Source: Monocercomonoides exilis PA203 (Eukaryota > Protista > Preaxostyla). From it: a stretch of DNA of 64,000 nucleotides. A program made the translations under genes and the position numbers. Under the pieces are notes generated by a model. That model was not told the origin of the DNA. It saw only the letters and a list, made by a program, of their open reading frames with translations, and searched no databases. Numbering within the stretch: position 1 is the first letter of the stretch; the number at the start of each line of letters is the position of its first letter. Below are positions 1 through 14,314 of this stretch, in pieces. Location of the stretch: the NCBI GenBank assembly GCA_001643675.2, contig LSRY02000019.1, forward strand, positions 558,001 through 622,000, read 5' to 3'.

Positions 1-242
1 GAATTTTACACATGCAATGATAAATATTATGGTTATATAAAATTTCTTTATTGATGAAATTTAAATAATTCAGTCGGTATTTTATAAATAAAGATTATTT
101 TCATTATTGATGATGTATAATGAACATTTTCATTGAATTTTCTACCAAATTGTATTTAATGAATGAATATAAATTCTATCATAATTTCATCAATAAAAAA
201 ATTTATATAACCATAATATTTATCATTGCATGTGTAAAATTC
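1..242. repeat. Inverted repeat (foldback core), left arm truncated by window edge
   Basis: 1-61 is the reverse complement of 183-242 (first 41 nt perfect, then about one indel and one mismatch); ~120-bp spacer; non-coding. Confidence 0.85.
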
Positions 243-928
243 ACTTGTATGTTTTTGCGTTTTGCAAAAAATATTTTTTTAGTTGTCCCATTGATAATGA
301 TTTTTCAAAAAAAATTATAGTTTTTTTTTCGTCAGAAGGAGCAAATTGCCGAAAATGAAAAATAACCAGAACAGTTTGCAACAAAGAAAAAATAAGTTAT
401 ATGTGTAAAAGATGAACTGAATCGTCATATTAAAATAGAAAAATTCATCAAAAGTCGGATTTTCAAAAATAAAAATTATTTATTTCTTCATTAATACTGC
501 ACAACAAATAAAAATTTGTACATGGTTTGATGTATTATATACTGTATATGAATGTATGTATTATCATAATTTAATTTTAGAAATTTGTCGACATATATGA
601 ATTTTAATAAAAAGTCCGGGTTTTAGAAAAATTCCCGGGTTTTAGAACGATGGTAATTCAAAAAATAAAAAATGTTAATGAAGTTATTCGAGAAAAGAAT
701 TTTCTATGCGAAGTGCTAAAAATGCTTGAAAATTCATATTTTTCCCCAAACAAAAAATAAAAAACCGCAAATGATGTTAAACGAATTAAAAACTTTTTTT
801 ATACGCAAAAAGCAAACAACATACTTAAAAATATTTATATAAAAAAAAATTCAAAAATTCATTTGAAAAAAGTCAAAAAAAATTGTTTTGAAAAACTGCT
901 GGATTACAATAAAAAAATATTTTGCCTA

Positions 929-2238
929 TTAATGAGAAGAGAAAATAGAAAGAAAAGGATGACGAACCCTTTCAGCTTGGTTTTTATGTTCTATGATATG
1001 CTCTTGATACTTTGAAAACCAAACCTGTGCTCCACATTGATCACATTCAATCTGAATATCTTCGTCAGCTTTCCCGCCTTCAATGCTTGTATTTTGAGGC
1101 TGTTCTGTTTCATTATATTCTTCTTTGTTATCTTTCTCAAGCACACTCTCTTCGGCAATTGTATTATCTTCTTCTTTTTCTTTTTGCTCTTCATTCTTAT
1201 CCTCTTTTTCAATATCTTCCTTCACATTTTCAACAGTTGACTGTTCCAAACTGGGTTCATTTTCATGAGGTACTGAGACTGATGGCGGCTGAGGAAATAC
1301 GATAGGTGGAGATAAAACCAATAAAGGAGGCTTTGGAGCCTCTGGCAAAGGCACATCAGCAACATTTTTAGAATCTTGAGCTTCTTTCTGAACCAATTCA
1401 GAAGCAATATTCGATTCCTTCGAAATTACTGGCTTTTGTTCATTTATTTCATTATCTCCAGAGTAGCTGGGATCTTCCTTCGTGATCTGTTTATCAGTAT
1501 CAAGACTTTTTAATGGCTGAATTAGAGGGTTTGACAAAGATATTGATTCCATAGACGTATCTAATGTAATTCCAGACTGTTCACTACGACTACTTTCAAC
1601 AAGCTTTGAATTCTCTTTATTAATAGATTCTGGCAGTTCATGCGAAGGTTGTGGAGATACTTCTGATTTATTATTAAAAGCATTTGTAGAAAAAGTAACT
1701 CGCGACAACTCTGAGACTGTTGTTTCAATTCCATCAAGCCTCCCTGTGAATTTTGATAAATTTTCATTCATTTTCTAAAAAAAAAAAGTAGTTTAAGTAA
1801 AACAGATATTCATTACATCAAAAAATTAGTTGAAATAAAAAAACTTGATTTATTTCTTCAATCATTCCATAGAGTTGATTAAATTTGTCATTATTAGTTG
1901 CATCAACAACTTTTTTATCATCCATCTCTTTCGGCAGATTGTTTGATGTTATTAAGTTATCAATGTGACGGACTAAATCATAATAAAACAACTTCAAATT
2001 TAGCAAATTAAAATAAAATATCCTAACCTATAACAGTGGCTAATTCATTTGATTGAGTTGATATAATTTCGAAATTTTCATTTGTTTTACCTTCCATCCG
2101 GTCATAAAATAATTTCACAAGTGAATTGTATAGATTCTGCAAGAAATCTTGATAAGAAGGAAACAATTTCTCAAAGTTTTCGTTAGAAATTGTCGATAAT
2201 GCTTCTTTATCCAAATTTAATTGTGATATCCAAGACAT
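929..2238 (-). CDS. Hypothetical protein, acidic/Pro-rich, with C-terminal C2H2-type (UBZ-like) zinc finger; about 3 exons
   Basis: Collinear minus ORFs 2023-2274, 1818-2006 and 929-1771 separated by short AT-rich introns; likely start MSWISQ at 2238; C-terminal CDQC-x11-H-x3-H. Confidence 0.6.
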
Positions 2239-2576
2239 TTGCAAGTAAACAAAACAATAAATATTAAGACCCATTATATTTTGAAAAACGGAGAAATCTT
2301 GATTTCCACAAAAAAACCAAATATCGGAGAAATTCTGAATCGAATTTAATGAAATCAGTTCTTTCAGTGATTATCATTTTTATCAAATTATTTTTTTACC
2401 GAAACATCTTGAACGGAAAGGACATGAAAATCATCGATTCTCAAAAAAAAAAGAAAATAAAACATAAGTGCTATTCTTTTTTAAATGTTAATCTGATGGT
2501 AAAAAAAGTTCTTATATCATCCTTTGTTAAATTTCTCTTTGAAAATCAATTTTCCAGACAACAACCCATAATAAAG

Positions 2577-4398
2577 ATGAGTCTAACGGTTTGTTTTATT
2601 TTAAAAATGATAAAAAACCTGTTTATGTTTAAAATGTTAAAAAAATATCAAACATTCTCCTTCTAACAAATATATGTAAAAAATTTTTGAAATTAAAAAT
2701 TCATTCATTCTAAATTTTGAATGAAAAAATTAGGCGAAAGGAACAGGAGGAAGACCAAAAAGATGGCAGCTGGCTGACGAGGTTGCTACAATAATAACAT
2801 TTATTCATTTTATGAAATGTTAAACATATTTATTTGTTATTTAACTTTATTCTTTTATTTTTTGATATTCTACAAAAAGGCTGCTAAACGAAACGGAATA
2901 AGAAAAAGTATATTTTTTGGGAATGGAAAATATACAGGAGAATGGAAAGATAACATGAGACATTTTGAAGGAGTACAGGATTTTTCTGTATGGAGGAATT
3001 TTTCTTTTGATTTTTCTCAAAATTCTTTAAAAAAGGATGGATGCAAATATGTGGGAAACTGGGCATTTGATAAAGCAAAGTTTGGACATTAAATAAATTG
3101 CGTTATTTTATTTTTCTCTAGTGGACATGGATTGTTTTATATACCCTTTGGTATTGTTTTCTTTCTTTTGCTCTCTGTAGTGAAAGTCTCCGAACCAAAA
3201 TGATTTATTTTGAAATGTCTTTTTAAAGATCCTAAAGATCCACCAATTGAAGGAATGATTGTAGTGGAAGAAAAGTATGTTCTTAGATACGACGGTGAAT
3301 GGAAAGATAACGAAATGTGCGGCTATGGAACATATTACTATGATGATGGTTCAAGATATAAAGGACGTGTGATTCTAAATGAAAATTTATTCATTTCATT
3401 TCTTTTATTTGGAAACTAATTTAAACTTTTATTGTGTAGAATGGAAGTCTAACCAGAGAAGCGGATTTGGAGTCCAGTTCTATGCGAATGGAGATATTTA
3501 CAAAGGCGAGTGGGATGGAGACATCCGTAATGGAAGAGGGACGCTGTTTCGTAAGGACGGAAATATCCTCCAAGGAAACTGGTGCAATGATCTTGCACAC
3601 GGTTCCTGTGTATTTTTTACCCCGCTGAAGAAGCGTAAGCTTGTTGGGGAGTGGTACGAAGGAGTGCCCAAATGTGGTGTCTACGAAGAAGAGCTCGGGC
3701 CATTTCCTCAGCTGGAAGAAGAAGAAGAGGAGGAGAGGCGCGACGAGAAAGGAGGAGAAGCAAAAGCTGAAAGAGTTGATGATGAAGAGGCTCCTGTGAT
3801 TGAAAGAGATGGTGAAAGAAAAGTCGATGCATCCGAGGATGCAGAAGGAGAAATCAGTTCTTCGACTGCTTCATCTTCTCAACCATCAAGCTCTTCACAT
3901 GTTTCTTCATTGATCACAAGCGAGCTTCCGTCGCTTCCTCCGCTTCGTCTTGTTGATTCCGACGGTGTTATTGCAGAAGCTCAAAGAGAGGCTCGTGTCA
4001 ACTACATCCAGCGCTGCTACCCGTCAGTTGATGCAGAGGAAGTTGTTCGGCGGATGGAGGAAGGAGAGCTATTTGAAGACATCATGGCATCAATGGGTGT
4101 GATGCTGGGCACAACGAGCGGAGGAAGAGGTATAGATGGGAGAGAAAGCAGAGAAGGAAGCGGAAGAGGCTGGAGATCGCGAGGATTTGATGGTTCTGGA
4201 TCTGGATTTGGCCGAAGCAGTACAGGCGGAAGAGGAAGAGGAAGAGGAATAGGCGGAGGAAGAGGCGGAAGAAGAACAGGCGGTGCAGATGGGTTGGTGT
4301 GGAATGACATGTCAGTTAGGTTTGAAGGTGAGGGTGTTGCAACAATTCTGCCTGAAGTCACTTCCCAAACAATATTCACTAAATTTGGACCTCTTTAA
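2577..4398 (+). CDS. MORN3: MORN repeat protein (MORN3-like), about 7 exons
   Basis: Spliced product MSLTAKGTGGRPKRWQLADEAAKRNGIRKSIF.. with repeated Y-x-G-E/N-W MORN units, then GEWYEGVPKCG and LPPLRLVDSDGVIAEA, matching MORN3 N- and C-terminal motifs. Confidence 0.75.
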
Positions 4399-4793
4399 AG
4401 CAATAAAAATTTGATATGAAACCATTTTATTTTGAACAAGTTTCATCCATCTAGTATTTCTATTCCTGCATTTCACTTTTCTAACCTTTAAGAGTTTTAG
4501 TTTATAATTATATTGCTCTTTCATCCAAGTATCTATTCTTTTTCACCTCCTTTCTCAATTGACATTCATTTCACTTTTATTTACAAAAATTTAACAAATA
4601 CAACAATATTTTGCAATTTTTCTCTTTCAAAATGTATTTCAGCACGCTCAATATTTAGACTTGAAGGAACGAAAATAATATTTATCAAGATTGTCATAAA
4701 TCTTTTTTGCCTTTTCTCCACAAGTTCAGATTTGTAGACGAAATGAGGGGAAAGAGAAAAAGAAAGAAAAACACTTAATCCTTGAATGGAGTT

Positions 4794-5631
4794 TTATTCA
4801 TTCTTTGCTTGGACACGACCCAGACGACGACCTGTTCTACGGGCAGCAATAAGACCAATCTTCTGACCAGCTGGTCTGTTTCTGGCGACTGTTGTTGGGA
4901 CACCAATGTGTTGATGGTTACCACCACCATGAGGATGATCGACAGGGTTCATTGCAACACCACGCACTGCTGGCCATCCTCTACGCTTTGCCTTGTATTT
5001 GTGATAGCAAACACCAGCCTTCATGATTGGCTTCTCATTACGACCACCTCCAGCAACAATACCGATCATTGCACGGCATGATGAAGGAATAATCTTTTTT
5101 GAGCCTGATGGAAGACGAAGACGTGTCTTTCCTGTTTCGTGGTTGTGGCTAACAACGGCTGCAGAGTTTCCAGAGCAGCGAGCAAGAACACCACGGTCTC
5201 CTGCTTTTGATTCAACGTTGCAGATGACTGTACCTTCTGGCAGTGATGAAACTGGAAGAACATTTCCCACATCGATGGCAGCTGATAATATGAGAAAAAT
5301 TATTATAAATAATATCTTTAATCAACGATAAACTAAAAAATCAAAAAATACCTTTCTTTCCACAGTAAATGAATTGTCCTGTGTACATTCCTTCAGTAGC
5401 GATGAAAGTTGCATGTCTCTTCTTGTACTTATATGGGTGACGGAACTCAACAATTGCAAGAGGTGCTCCACGCCCTGGATCATGGATAATCCTTCTGACT
5501 ACACCCTTGATATATCCATGTTTCTCGGCATAATCAATAGCACGCAATTTTGCAGAACCTTTTCTGTTGTGAACGTGAGATTTGAATAAAGCACTCCCTC
5601 CTTTTCTTTGAGAACGAATAACGCGTCCCAT
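4794..5631 (-). CDS. RPL8: 60S ribosomal protein L8 (uL2); one coding intron 5282-5351
   Basis: [56 protein letters not shown]; GT-AG intron restores [12 protein letters not shown]. Confidence 0.97.
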
Positions 5632-5907
5632 TCTTCTAAATAGTATTGTTCAAGAATAGTTAATAACAATTCATGAGTAAATATTGCAGAAATTATAATA
5701 ACTATCGAAAAAATGAAAAATGCACACGAAGTGGAAAAAAGGATATTCCCCGATTTAGATAAAGATCAGATAACAGATCACAATATTTTTTTTTCTCTTT
5801 TGAGGAATTTAAATACACTATTTGATGGAAATAACTTAAGTCAGATAAATAAAAAACAACGCAAAAAAAGAAATACAAAAATTTGTGCTTTTCGATATTT
5901 TTGATCA

Positions 5908-8900
5908 TTAATCGAACAAAAATACCACCTTCCAAGCATCAAATGTCTTTGTGTAAAGCGGAAGATCAACCTCAAAGCCGACAGGATTTTCTTTTTTCTT
6001 TAACCCCCATTTTTCACTTCGTATGTTAGTTTTTAAAGTTGGGAACAATTCTGTCCAGCTGTCATTCTTGCCAAGGAAGAGTGCAGCGCGTGGGAGGATT
6101 TGACCAGAAGAATTCGATCTCCAAAAGCGAAGGGACAGGACTCGGCTGAGTCTGCGGATGGCCTTCCAGGAAGGAGGGGGCAGCGGGACGCGGTCAGACG
6201 GGGAAGAAGGCTGGTAGTCGATCGCGGGGAAGTCAAAGGGGTCAGCAAGAGGAGTTTGAAGTGGAAGAAGCTGGGAGCTGGCGCCGTGTGTCCTCGACGG
6301 AGGAGAGAAATCAGACAAGCTGTCCTCCTCCAAATAGCTCTGGACAGACTTCTCAAGCGCCTTCCGCATCTCCAGCTGATCGTCGCTGGCGTGTGCCGCA
6401 CGGCGAGCAGCGACCCATTCTGTGTTGCGCAGCTGCAGGTCAAACACAAACACCCTCGACGGCTTTTCTTTCTCTGCCTCGCGTTTCCCGTCCTGCTGAA
6501 TGAAATACTCCTTCAGCACACGCCGGATGCGTTGCACCGCTTCCGGTGGCAGCTTTATCGAGTCTTCTTCGTCTTTCGCGTCCAGATCGCTCGTCTCTTC
6601 ATCCAGCTTGTCTGTTGAAATGTTGACTTGGAAGAACCGCGTCTCAAATAATGCTTCTCTGTCAACCACTTCCCATGCGTGCGAATGGCCATCGTCAACA
6701 AACAGCGTGCCATGTGCCGCGCTGTCTGCCTCGTCCAGCGCCACACTGAACATCAGCGGCTTCGTCAGCATGTCGTACGTTGACGGTACACGCTCCATGC
6801 ACAGCGGAAGAATCGTCCCGCTCTTCTGGAAGACAGGAATTGCCTCTTTTGACACAGGAACATTCGTCACACCTGGCTTGTAGCATTCTCCTGTCCTGTA
6901 TTCATACCAGCACAGCGCAGGCTCTGGACATGTGTTCCCCTTGGCAGCCTGGCTGCTTGACGTGTTTGACTCCACAAACGGCTCAAGGAAGTTGTCTTGG
7001 CTTCCAGGCAGATAGGCAGAGATGGAGGAGACTGATGGCTTCAGCACTGGGCACACGAGAAGGGCACTGCCAAACATGTACTCATTGGCAAATGGTCCAG
7101 TTTGGCACAAGTTGACAGCTGTGTTGTCGTTGCTGAACTCCATCCACAGCGGGCGCATCATCGGAATCCCCGACACGGCAGCATCGAATGCGAGGGAGTA
7201 GATATACGGAATCAGCGCATACCGCTCATACAATGCACTGCGGATGATGCTTTTGTGCGGCTCTTGCTGCAAATAGGGCTCTCTTCTTGGAGACTCGTGG
7301 TGTGCATGCGAGCGGAAGAAAGGCTGGAAGATAGCGTTCTGATACCACCTGTCAAACAGCTCAGGGGTCGGGTTCCTGAAAAACCCGCCCACATCCGCAC
7401 CGACAAAGGAATAGCCACAAACCGAAAGCGACAGCAGCATCGGCACCGACGACTGCAGATGCTCCCACGTGGCGTCGTTGTCCCCCGTCCACATGGCTGC
7501 ATATCGGTGTGTCCCTGCAAAGAAGCTGCGCGTGAGGATGAACGGCCTCTCGCCCGGGTAGCGTGCAAAGTGGCCGAGGGCTGATGCCATCACGTGGTGG
7601 TGGCCATACACATTGTGCAGCTCAGCGTGCGTACGCCCGTTCAGATGCACCACGTTGCCTGGCACGACACCTTCCTCCACGTCAAACACCGTCGGCTCGT
7701 TCATGTCGTTCCAGTGGTGCAGAAAGGGAGTGGCGTGCGGGTAGTTCCCGACTTTGTGCAGCTCGGCCCACCACACCCGCACACTCTCGTTCAGGAAATC
7801 AGGGTAAGATGAAGTGCCGGGCCAGCAGTGGCCTTCGTAAGCAGGAAGCTTGCTGATGTTTTCGTTTGGTGAAAGAGAGCCATAAGTCCGTCTTAGCAGG
7901 AATCCCTTCTGCTGAGCTTGTTGATACACGTGGTAGCCCCATTCGACTTTCACGTGTGGATCGACAATTGTCACCAGACGCCTTCCACCTGAGCCAAAGG
8001 GAAGATAGTCTCCAGACGCACGGGGAGCTGAACGTGAAATGTTCATATGATTGATAAATGAAATGTTTTTATTAATAAAAAAATAAATAAATTAATAAAT
8101 AAATAATAAAATTCAAACAGTTTTCCATCTTTGGCCAAGTGCTCTTGCTGCGAGGGCCGCTCGCTAGCTCCATCATCATGCGTGTTGGGTTGGGGAAGTG
8201 AGGTGTGTCCCATGTGAAATACCTTTTCCCGTTTGTGTGCTCAATGTCCAGCCAGATGACATCCACAGGCATCTGCGCCTCGTCCATTTTGTTCGCCACC
8301 TCCAGCACTTCGCCTTCGGTGTAGTAGTTCCATCTGCACTGGTGGTACCCCAATGAGAAAAGAGGAGGCATCGCAGGCAACCCACATGCACAGCAGTACT
8401 CAGAAGTGACATCCTTTGGTGAAGGGCCAGGGAGGACGAGGAAATCCATTCGCCCACACTTTGACATGAAGTGCGCGCGGACGAATTCGCTAGATGAAAA
8501 GATAGGTTCAGAAGAATCAGGGGTAGAGGAAGGTGATTGAGGTGTTGCGAATGACTGGCCTGTTGAAGATTTATCAGCAGATAGATCGTCGTTCTTAGCA
8601 AGATGCACATATGTGTCTGCTCCATTCAGCCATAAAACTCCGGATGCTCTGCCTTTCTTTGAAAGAGAGCCGAGCATTGGAATAAAGCCATACAGTGGAA
8701 AGATGCTATTTGCTTCATATTCAAACACATCCATTGCATACAATCGGAGAGGTTCATCGAATTTACCATCTTTGGTGGCTGTCATTGGAAGAGAAAGAGA
8801 AGTTGACCGTTCAGGAAGCCCATACATCATTGAAACATCGGAAAATTCAAAGTCAAGACCAATTGCGCTGGGTGACATAACATCCAAAGAAGGTTCTGAG

Positions 8901-9418
8901 CCATCGGAAGATTTTGACAAAATTTGAGGTTCAAAGAAAAATAAATTATTTCTATTAATCTCTAAAACAACTCCAAATTGATTATGTAACTGCATGAAAA
9001 ATGTCTTTGGATATACTAAAAGTACATGGTTAGCGAATGAAATAGATATCAGGTTCGTTGTCTGTTGAACACGTATTTCAGCTCGTTTAATTGTGTTAAC
9101 AAGAATATTTGGTAATTCTATACGAGGATTTTTAACTTTATCTTCGTATGTGAAAAATCTGAAAATTCCTTTTTCAAAGAAGAGCAATGAAAAAGAAAGA
9201 TTCACTTTATTTTCTTTATCAATAAAACGGCCTTCAATAGCAGAATCCATCACAACAATTTCCGGATGCATTGAAAAACGCTGCAATGGACTCCTGGCTT
9301 GTATATTTTTTTGATAGAAATCTTGATTTTGATGCCAGTGGTATTTATTTCGATTTAACGAAAAAACTGATGAAAAAAGTGTTAAGATGAAAAACACTTG
9401 CGTTATTCTATGCGTCAT
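5908..9418 (-). CDS. GANAB: Glucosidase II alpha subunit-like (GH31), signal peptide, one intron
   Basis: LGYHQCRWNY, IWLDIEHT..RYFTWD, nucleophile WNDMNEP, acid/base WTGDN, GADVGGF, QPFFRSHAH; intron donor at 8118 joins the two ORFs in frame. Confidence 0.9.
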
Positions 9419-9576
9419 AACAATGTTATTTAATTTGTTTTAAAAATATACTTGCAACATACTTCATTTACAAGAACCTGGCTTGATCAAATGAAAAAAG
9501 CAAACCATTATTAACTTCATTTTTGAATCTTATTTTCAAATAAAGAAAAAAAAAAAACTTAATTAAGTTTATATAT

Positions 9577-10867
9577 TCAAGGAGACTTAGAAACTAATGA
9601 AAAGGAAGAAACGACGTCCTGTTCCTTTGGCGGAGAAGGCGTCGGTGAAGGAGTTGGAGTTGGTGTTTCGGTGCAGTCAGTAGGAGAAAAAGAATTATTA
9701 GGATCAGCTGATGTGTCATCGTTAATGATATAATCAGGCGAAGGGAGATAAACAGGCTTTTTCTGAGTTGTGCGTGTGGAAGCCGGGAGCGACGGAGAGG
9801 CAGAGTTCGAATTGACATTCATACTCGAGCGAGCCGGGGAAGAAGGATCAGAGCCGAACACAGGGATTTTTGGGGGAGGGGATAAAGAATTGGCAGAAGA
9901 ATGGGGCGAAGGCGAGGCAGACAGCAGCGACGCTGTGGAAGATGTGGGCGAAGGGAGAGGGGTTGCGACGGGGGGGATGGTGAGTGAAGAGACTGGGACT
10001 GCAATGACAGTGGTAGAGAAGGAAGAGGAGGAGGGGGAGGAAGAAGAAGAGGAAGAAGAGGAGAGAGAAGAAGAGGAAGAAGAAGAAGAGAAAGAAGGAG
10101 AAGGAGAAGACAAGTTGGAAGGGATGTGCTGGGGGAGTGCGGGGAGAGTGACTGACGGAGACAGAGTGGAAGGGTGAGGAGCCAACGAGAAAGAAGACTG
10201 AGAGGGAGAAGAATAGAGAAGATGAGTTGGAGAGGAAGGAAAAGAAGGGAAAGGAGAAATGGCTGGGGTAGGCGAGGCAGCAGGGAGAGGAGTGGTGGGA
10301 GAGGTTTCTGGATCGTCGGAGGGGGTGTAGTCTTCTGGGGAATAGAGCTCTTTGAGGAGATGGGGCACACTCACTGGGGCACAGGCACCGCTGGATGAGG
10401 GAGAGAGGAGGAGAGGAGGAGGAGAGGAGGAGGAGAAGAAGAGAAGAAGAGAAGAAGAGAAGAAGAGAAGAAGAGAAGAAGAGAAGAAGAGAAGAAGAGG
10501 AAGAGGAAGAGAGGAAGAGAGGAAGAGAGGAGGAAGAATGAGGAAGAAGATGAAGGAAGAAGAATGAAGAATGAAGGTATATGAAAAAATCAAAGAAAAA
10601 GAATTTGAATTTATAAACAAACAAACAAACAACAAACAAACAAACAAATAGAAAGTTTAAATGAACAGCAAAGTAGAAAGACAATGATTTCATTGAATGA
10701 ACAAACCTGTCATTATTTGTGATGATAAGAGAAACATGCTGAGGAGGAACATAATCAAAGCGAGGGTTAATGATTGGAGGATCACCGCATTCAGCTGAAA
10801 GCAGAAGAAAAAGCGTAAACAACAATAAGGGATTAGAAAAATAACCAAGTCATAACAATAAAATAAC

Positions 10868-10898
<31 letters not shown>

Positions 10899-12336
10899 AA
10901 TATGAAAAAAAAAAAAGGATTTTTAAAGAATACATGACAAGATTGTGTGGATTAGCAATTCAAACCAGATACATCTATGTCCATAATTCCGGATGGGCAC
11001 ATTTGCTCATTGAAAGAAGCAGGAGAAGAGACATAAATTGGAGTGCTGATGATTTATAATTACAATAAAACAAAAAGGTTATTTGTGAATAAATTCAACA
11101 TTTTTCGAATAACACATAGAAAGTGAACAAATGAATATTTACATAAAAATCACCAAAGAGCACAATAAGCAAACAGTTTGTACAGTCCTGCAAGGACAAT
11201 AAACGGGAGAGATCTTTCCTTCGCTGCCAGAGCGATGGATGAGATTCCTGGATCAGTCAGAAGCCCTCCATCAGCAGTGACTGTATGGCCATTGGAATTG
11301 ATAGGGAAACAGAAGAAGATTTATTATTATTATTATTATTATCATTATCATTTTTCATTGTTCGCAGGAATTGAAGTTAAGATTGACAGTTTTTATGTGT
11401 CAAAGTGAAGTTAAGTCGAAATGCGATGGAAAATGTGTCAAGAAATTGAAATATTTATTTAAAAAAACGGTAAACAAACTTGCAGTTGTTCCAACAATAA
11501 CTTTATTAACTCTTCCCATAACAGCAACAGCCGCAGCATCCGGTATAAGAAAAGTTTGAACGCCTGCTTTTGCTAATTCATTGGCCATCTTGTGTCCATG
11601 AAATCTATAATATATGATTCAAATACTTTTTTTTATTCTTTCTGTTTAAAAGGAACAAACGATGGAGCTCCGTTCGTAACAAATACAGAAAAATGCCTTC
11701 CTTTATGTGCGTTAATCAAAAAATTGTAGACTGTTTCCGAAAACCCTGCTGTGAGAATTACGGAACTGAAATAAATACGGATTAAAATTTAAAAAAATAT
11801 CGAAGATATCACACTCATTTTGTATATAATCCGAAGCTTGAAGAAGAATTTGCTCATAGTAATCTTCAAGCTGTTTTTTTGTTTCTTTAATTTCTTGAAT
11901 AATTGTACGAGTCTTGTGTTCTTAAAAGTTAAAAAAAGTATGAAAACAAAATAATTCAAATAAAACACACGGCTTTCTTTCTCATTTTCAGGGCCCGAGG
12001 AAGAATGCCCTCGTATGATGTGCAATGCTTTCAAAATCATATTATTTATTACAAAATCTAAATAAATGCATTTATTTGATAATTTGAAGACAATGAAAAA
12101 GTAATCAAATTAAATATCTAAATAAACAAACCAGAATGACGAAATTGTAAAATTAAAGAGCTTATTGCTCTTAAAGATTTTATCATTTCCGCTGTGCCCT
12201 TTGTTTTGTTTGTACGAACAACAGAGCTACATAAATCCAATGTTGCGTTTGCAACTGGAAGAGATCCACTCTGTGATTGAACTACATCAAGAAAGCTGAC
12301 TACAGCTTTCCTTTTGAATTCAAATTCTTCATCCAT
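9577..12336 (-). CDS. EIF2B2: Translation initiation factor eIF2B beta subunit with Ser/Pro-rich C-terminal extension, multi-exon
   Basis: Spliced motifs [98 protein letters not shown]. Confidence 0.88.
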
Positions 12337-13152
12337 GAGAAAAATAGAAAAAATGAATGATCTTTTCCACTTAATTAATTTATAATTACCCATTTGTTGA
12401 ATCATTTAATTTCACACCTTTTTTATTTACTTTCCTTTTGTTTTATTTCCTGAGATGAATTTATAATTTATGATATATGCTAATATTATCAATTATCATT
12501 TCAAAAAGACTGGGGATACTTTATTCAAGGTTATTTATCAAAAATATGTGATTAATGGCTTTTATCTTCATTCTAAGGAAGTTAAAATTGCATAATAAAG
12601 ACAGAAAACAATAAGTTCGAAAGGTATATTATCCTACATTTTCTACCGTCCAAATTCGTTTTTTTATGCAACAAAACTTTTTTCAAACTTTTCCTTTAAA
12701 ATTTACTGTACAAAAATGAAATCCGTGTCTTTATGCTCAAAAACCGCATGCAAGAAAGCATTTTTGATTTATTCATATCTTACAACTCTTTGCGAAATTA
12801 AAGTCATTATTTCCATAAAAAAGATTTGATTAACGAATATTTCTTAAATATTGCAAAAACAAAAAAATCTTTGAACTCAAAATTGAAAGTGAGTTTTTGT
12901 TAATAATCAATTAAGTTGTGGAGTATTTTTTTCTTCAATCTGAAATATTCTGTTAATAAAAATCATATAAACAAAGAATAAAATTTTCTGATTCGAAATA
13001 TTATACATTAATTATAAATTTCTCTTCAAGTGTGAATTTGTTTTTTTGAACTATTCACTTTTTAAGCTGAATAGTTATTTTTCATAAATATTTTTTTCTT
13101 GTGGAATAAATGAAGGTTCAAGATCTTGAAATTTTTATTTTCATTTTTTAAA

Positions 13153-14314
13153 ATGAATGTCTCTGTAAAAACGCTTAAAAATTATGAGAAATGTTTGAAT
13201 TGATATTTATGTTTTATTGCATCCATTTATATATATTGCTTGAAGTTTTCAAGAGCTTTCAGGCTGTTATTCCAGAAATCTTCAAAAAGCCGGAACATTC
13301 AGATTTTAAATACGATGAGACGGTTGTGAATCATATATTTATTTATTCCTTTTTAAATCTATTTATTTTCAATTTGCAATCAAATTGCTGTTGCGATTTA
13401 ATAATAATTATTAGGAAGCTGAAAAGATCAGACAAGAAATTGTAAAAAGAGGGAGAGAATATAAAAAAGTTTCTGAAAACAAAGACAGCAAACGCAAAAT
13501 CTCTGAAACAGGAGAATTTATTCCTCTCACTTCAAAGAAAACAACTCCTTCAAATAAACAAACGAAAAAATCAGATAAACATGCAAAAGGCAAACAAATG
13601 ATGAATGAAGAAGAAGATAATGATTTTACATTTGCAGCAGTGAAGGATGGCGATCCAGAACCAGACAAATTGAAGAAAGGAAAATCCAAAAAGTTACTTC
13701 TTCGTGATGCAATGAAAAAGCAAAAGAAAGCTGATCGGTTGAAAGAAACTGAAAATGGAAGAGTTTGAAAAGCAAAAATTTTCTTTTGTGTTAATAATGA
13801 AATCTTTATCATTTTTTTCGAACTTTTTTGTTTTAACATTTAATTAGAAAATATTGGCCGAGCAGTCTTGGAAGAGAATGGAATCGCTTGCAGAGGGAAA
13901 GAAATTGAAGGATGATCCAAAACTTATTGAAAAAGCAATAAAGAGAAAGCATCAAGAAAAAGAAAGAAGCGCGAAGAGATGGTTTACTATTTTCACATTT
14001 TATATCTTCATTTCTTTTACATCATTTTTTTTTCCCATTAACTACAGGAAAGCAAAGCTTGCACAGCAAAAGAAGGAGAAAGACGAGGCAATGGAGAAAA
14101 AGAAGCGTAATATTGAGTGGCACAATCAGCACAAGAAAGACAAAAAGACGGTATACTCCTTTGCTATCAATTTTCACCTTTTATTTCATATTTGATTATA
14201 ATTTTGTTCATTTCTATCAAACTTGATTTATAATTGTCCATTACCACCAAACTGTCAAATTGACAAAAAAAAAAGAGCAAAGTCGTTCAGAAAAAGAGGC
14301 CTGCACGGAAGTAA
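13153..14314 (+). CDS. SURF6: SURF6/Rrp14-family nucleolar protein, multi-exon
   Basis: WKRMESLAEGKKLKDDPKLIEKAIKRKHQEKERSAKRW..EKKKRNIE matches the SURF6 C-terminal domain; Lys-rich; start and end inferred from splice sites. Confidence 0.8.

Noticed and set aside
616-647. Telomeric repeat (GGGTTTTAG)
   Set aside because: Only two non-tandem copies at an internal position.
9770-10825. Overlapping or antisense ORFs rich in L/F/R/E (also across 15000-19500 and 54200-61800)
   Set aside because: Shadow ORFs from stop-free microsatellites and GC-rich coding sequence.
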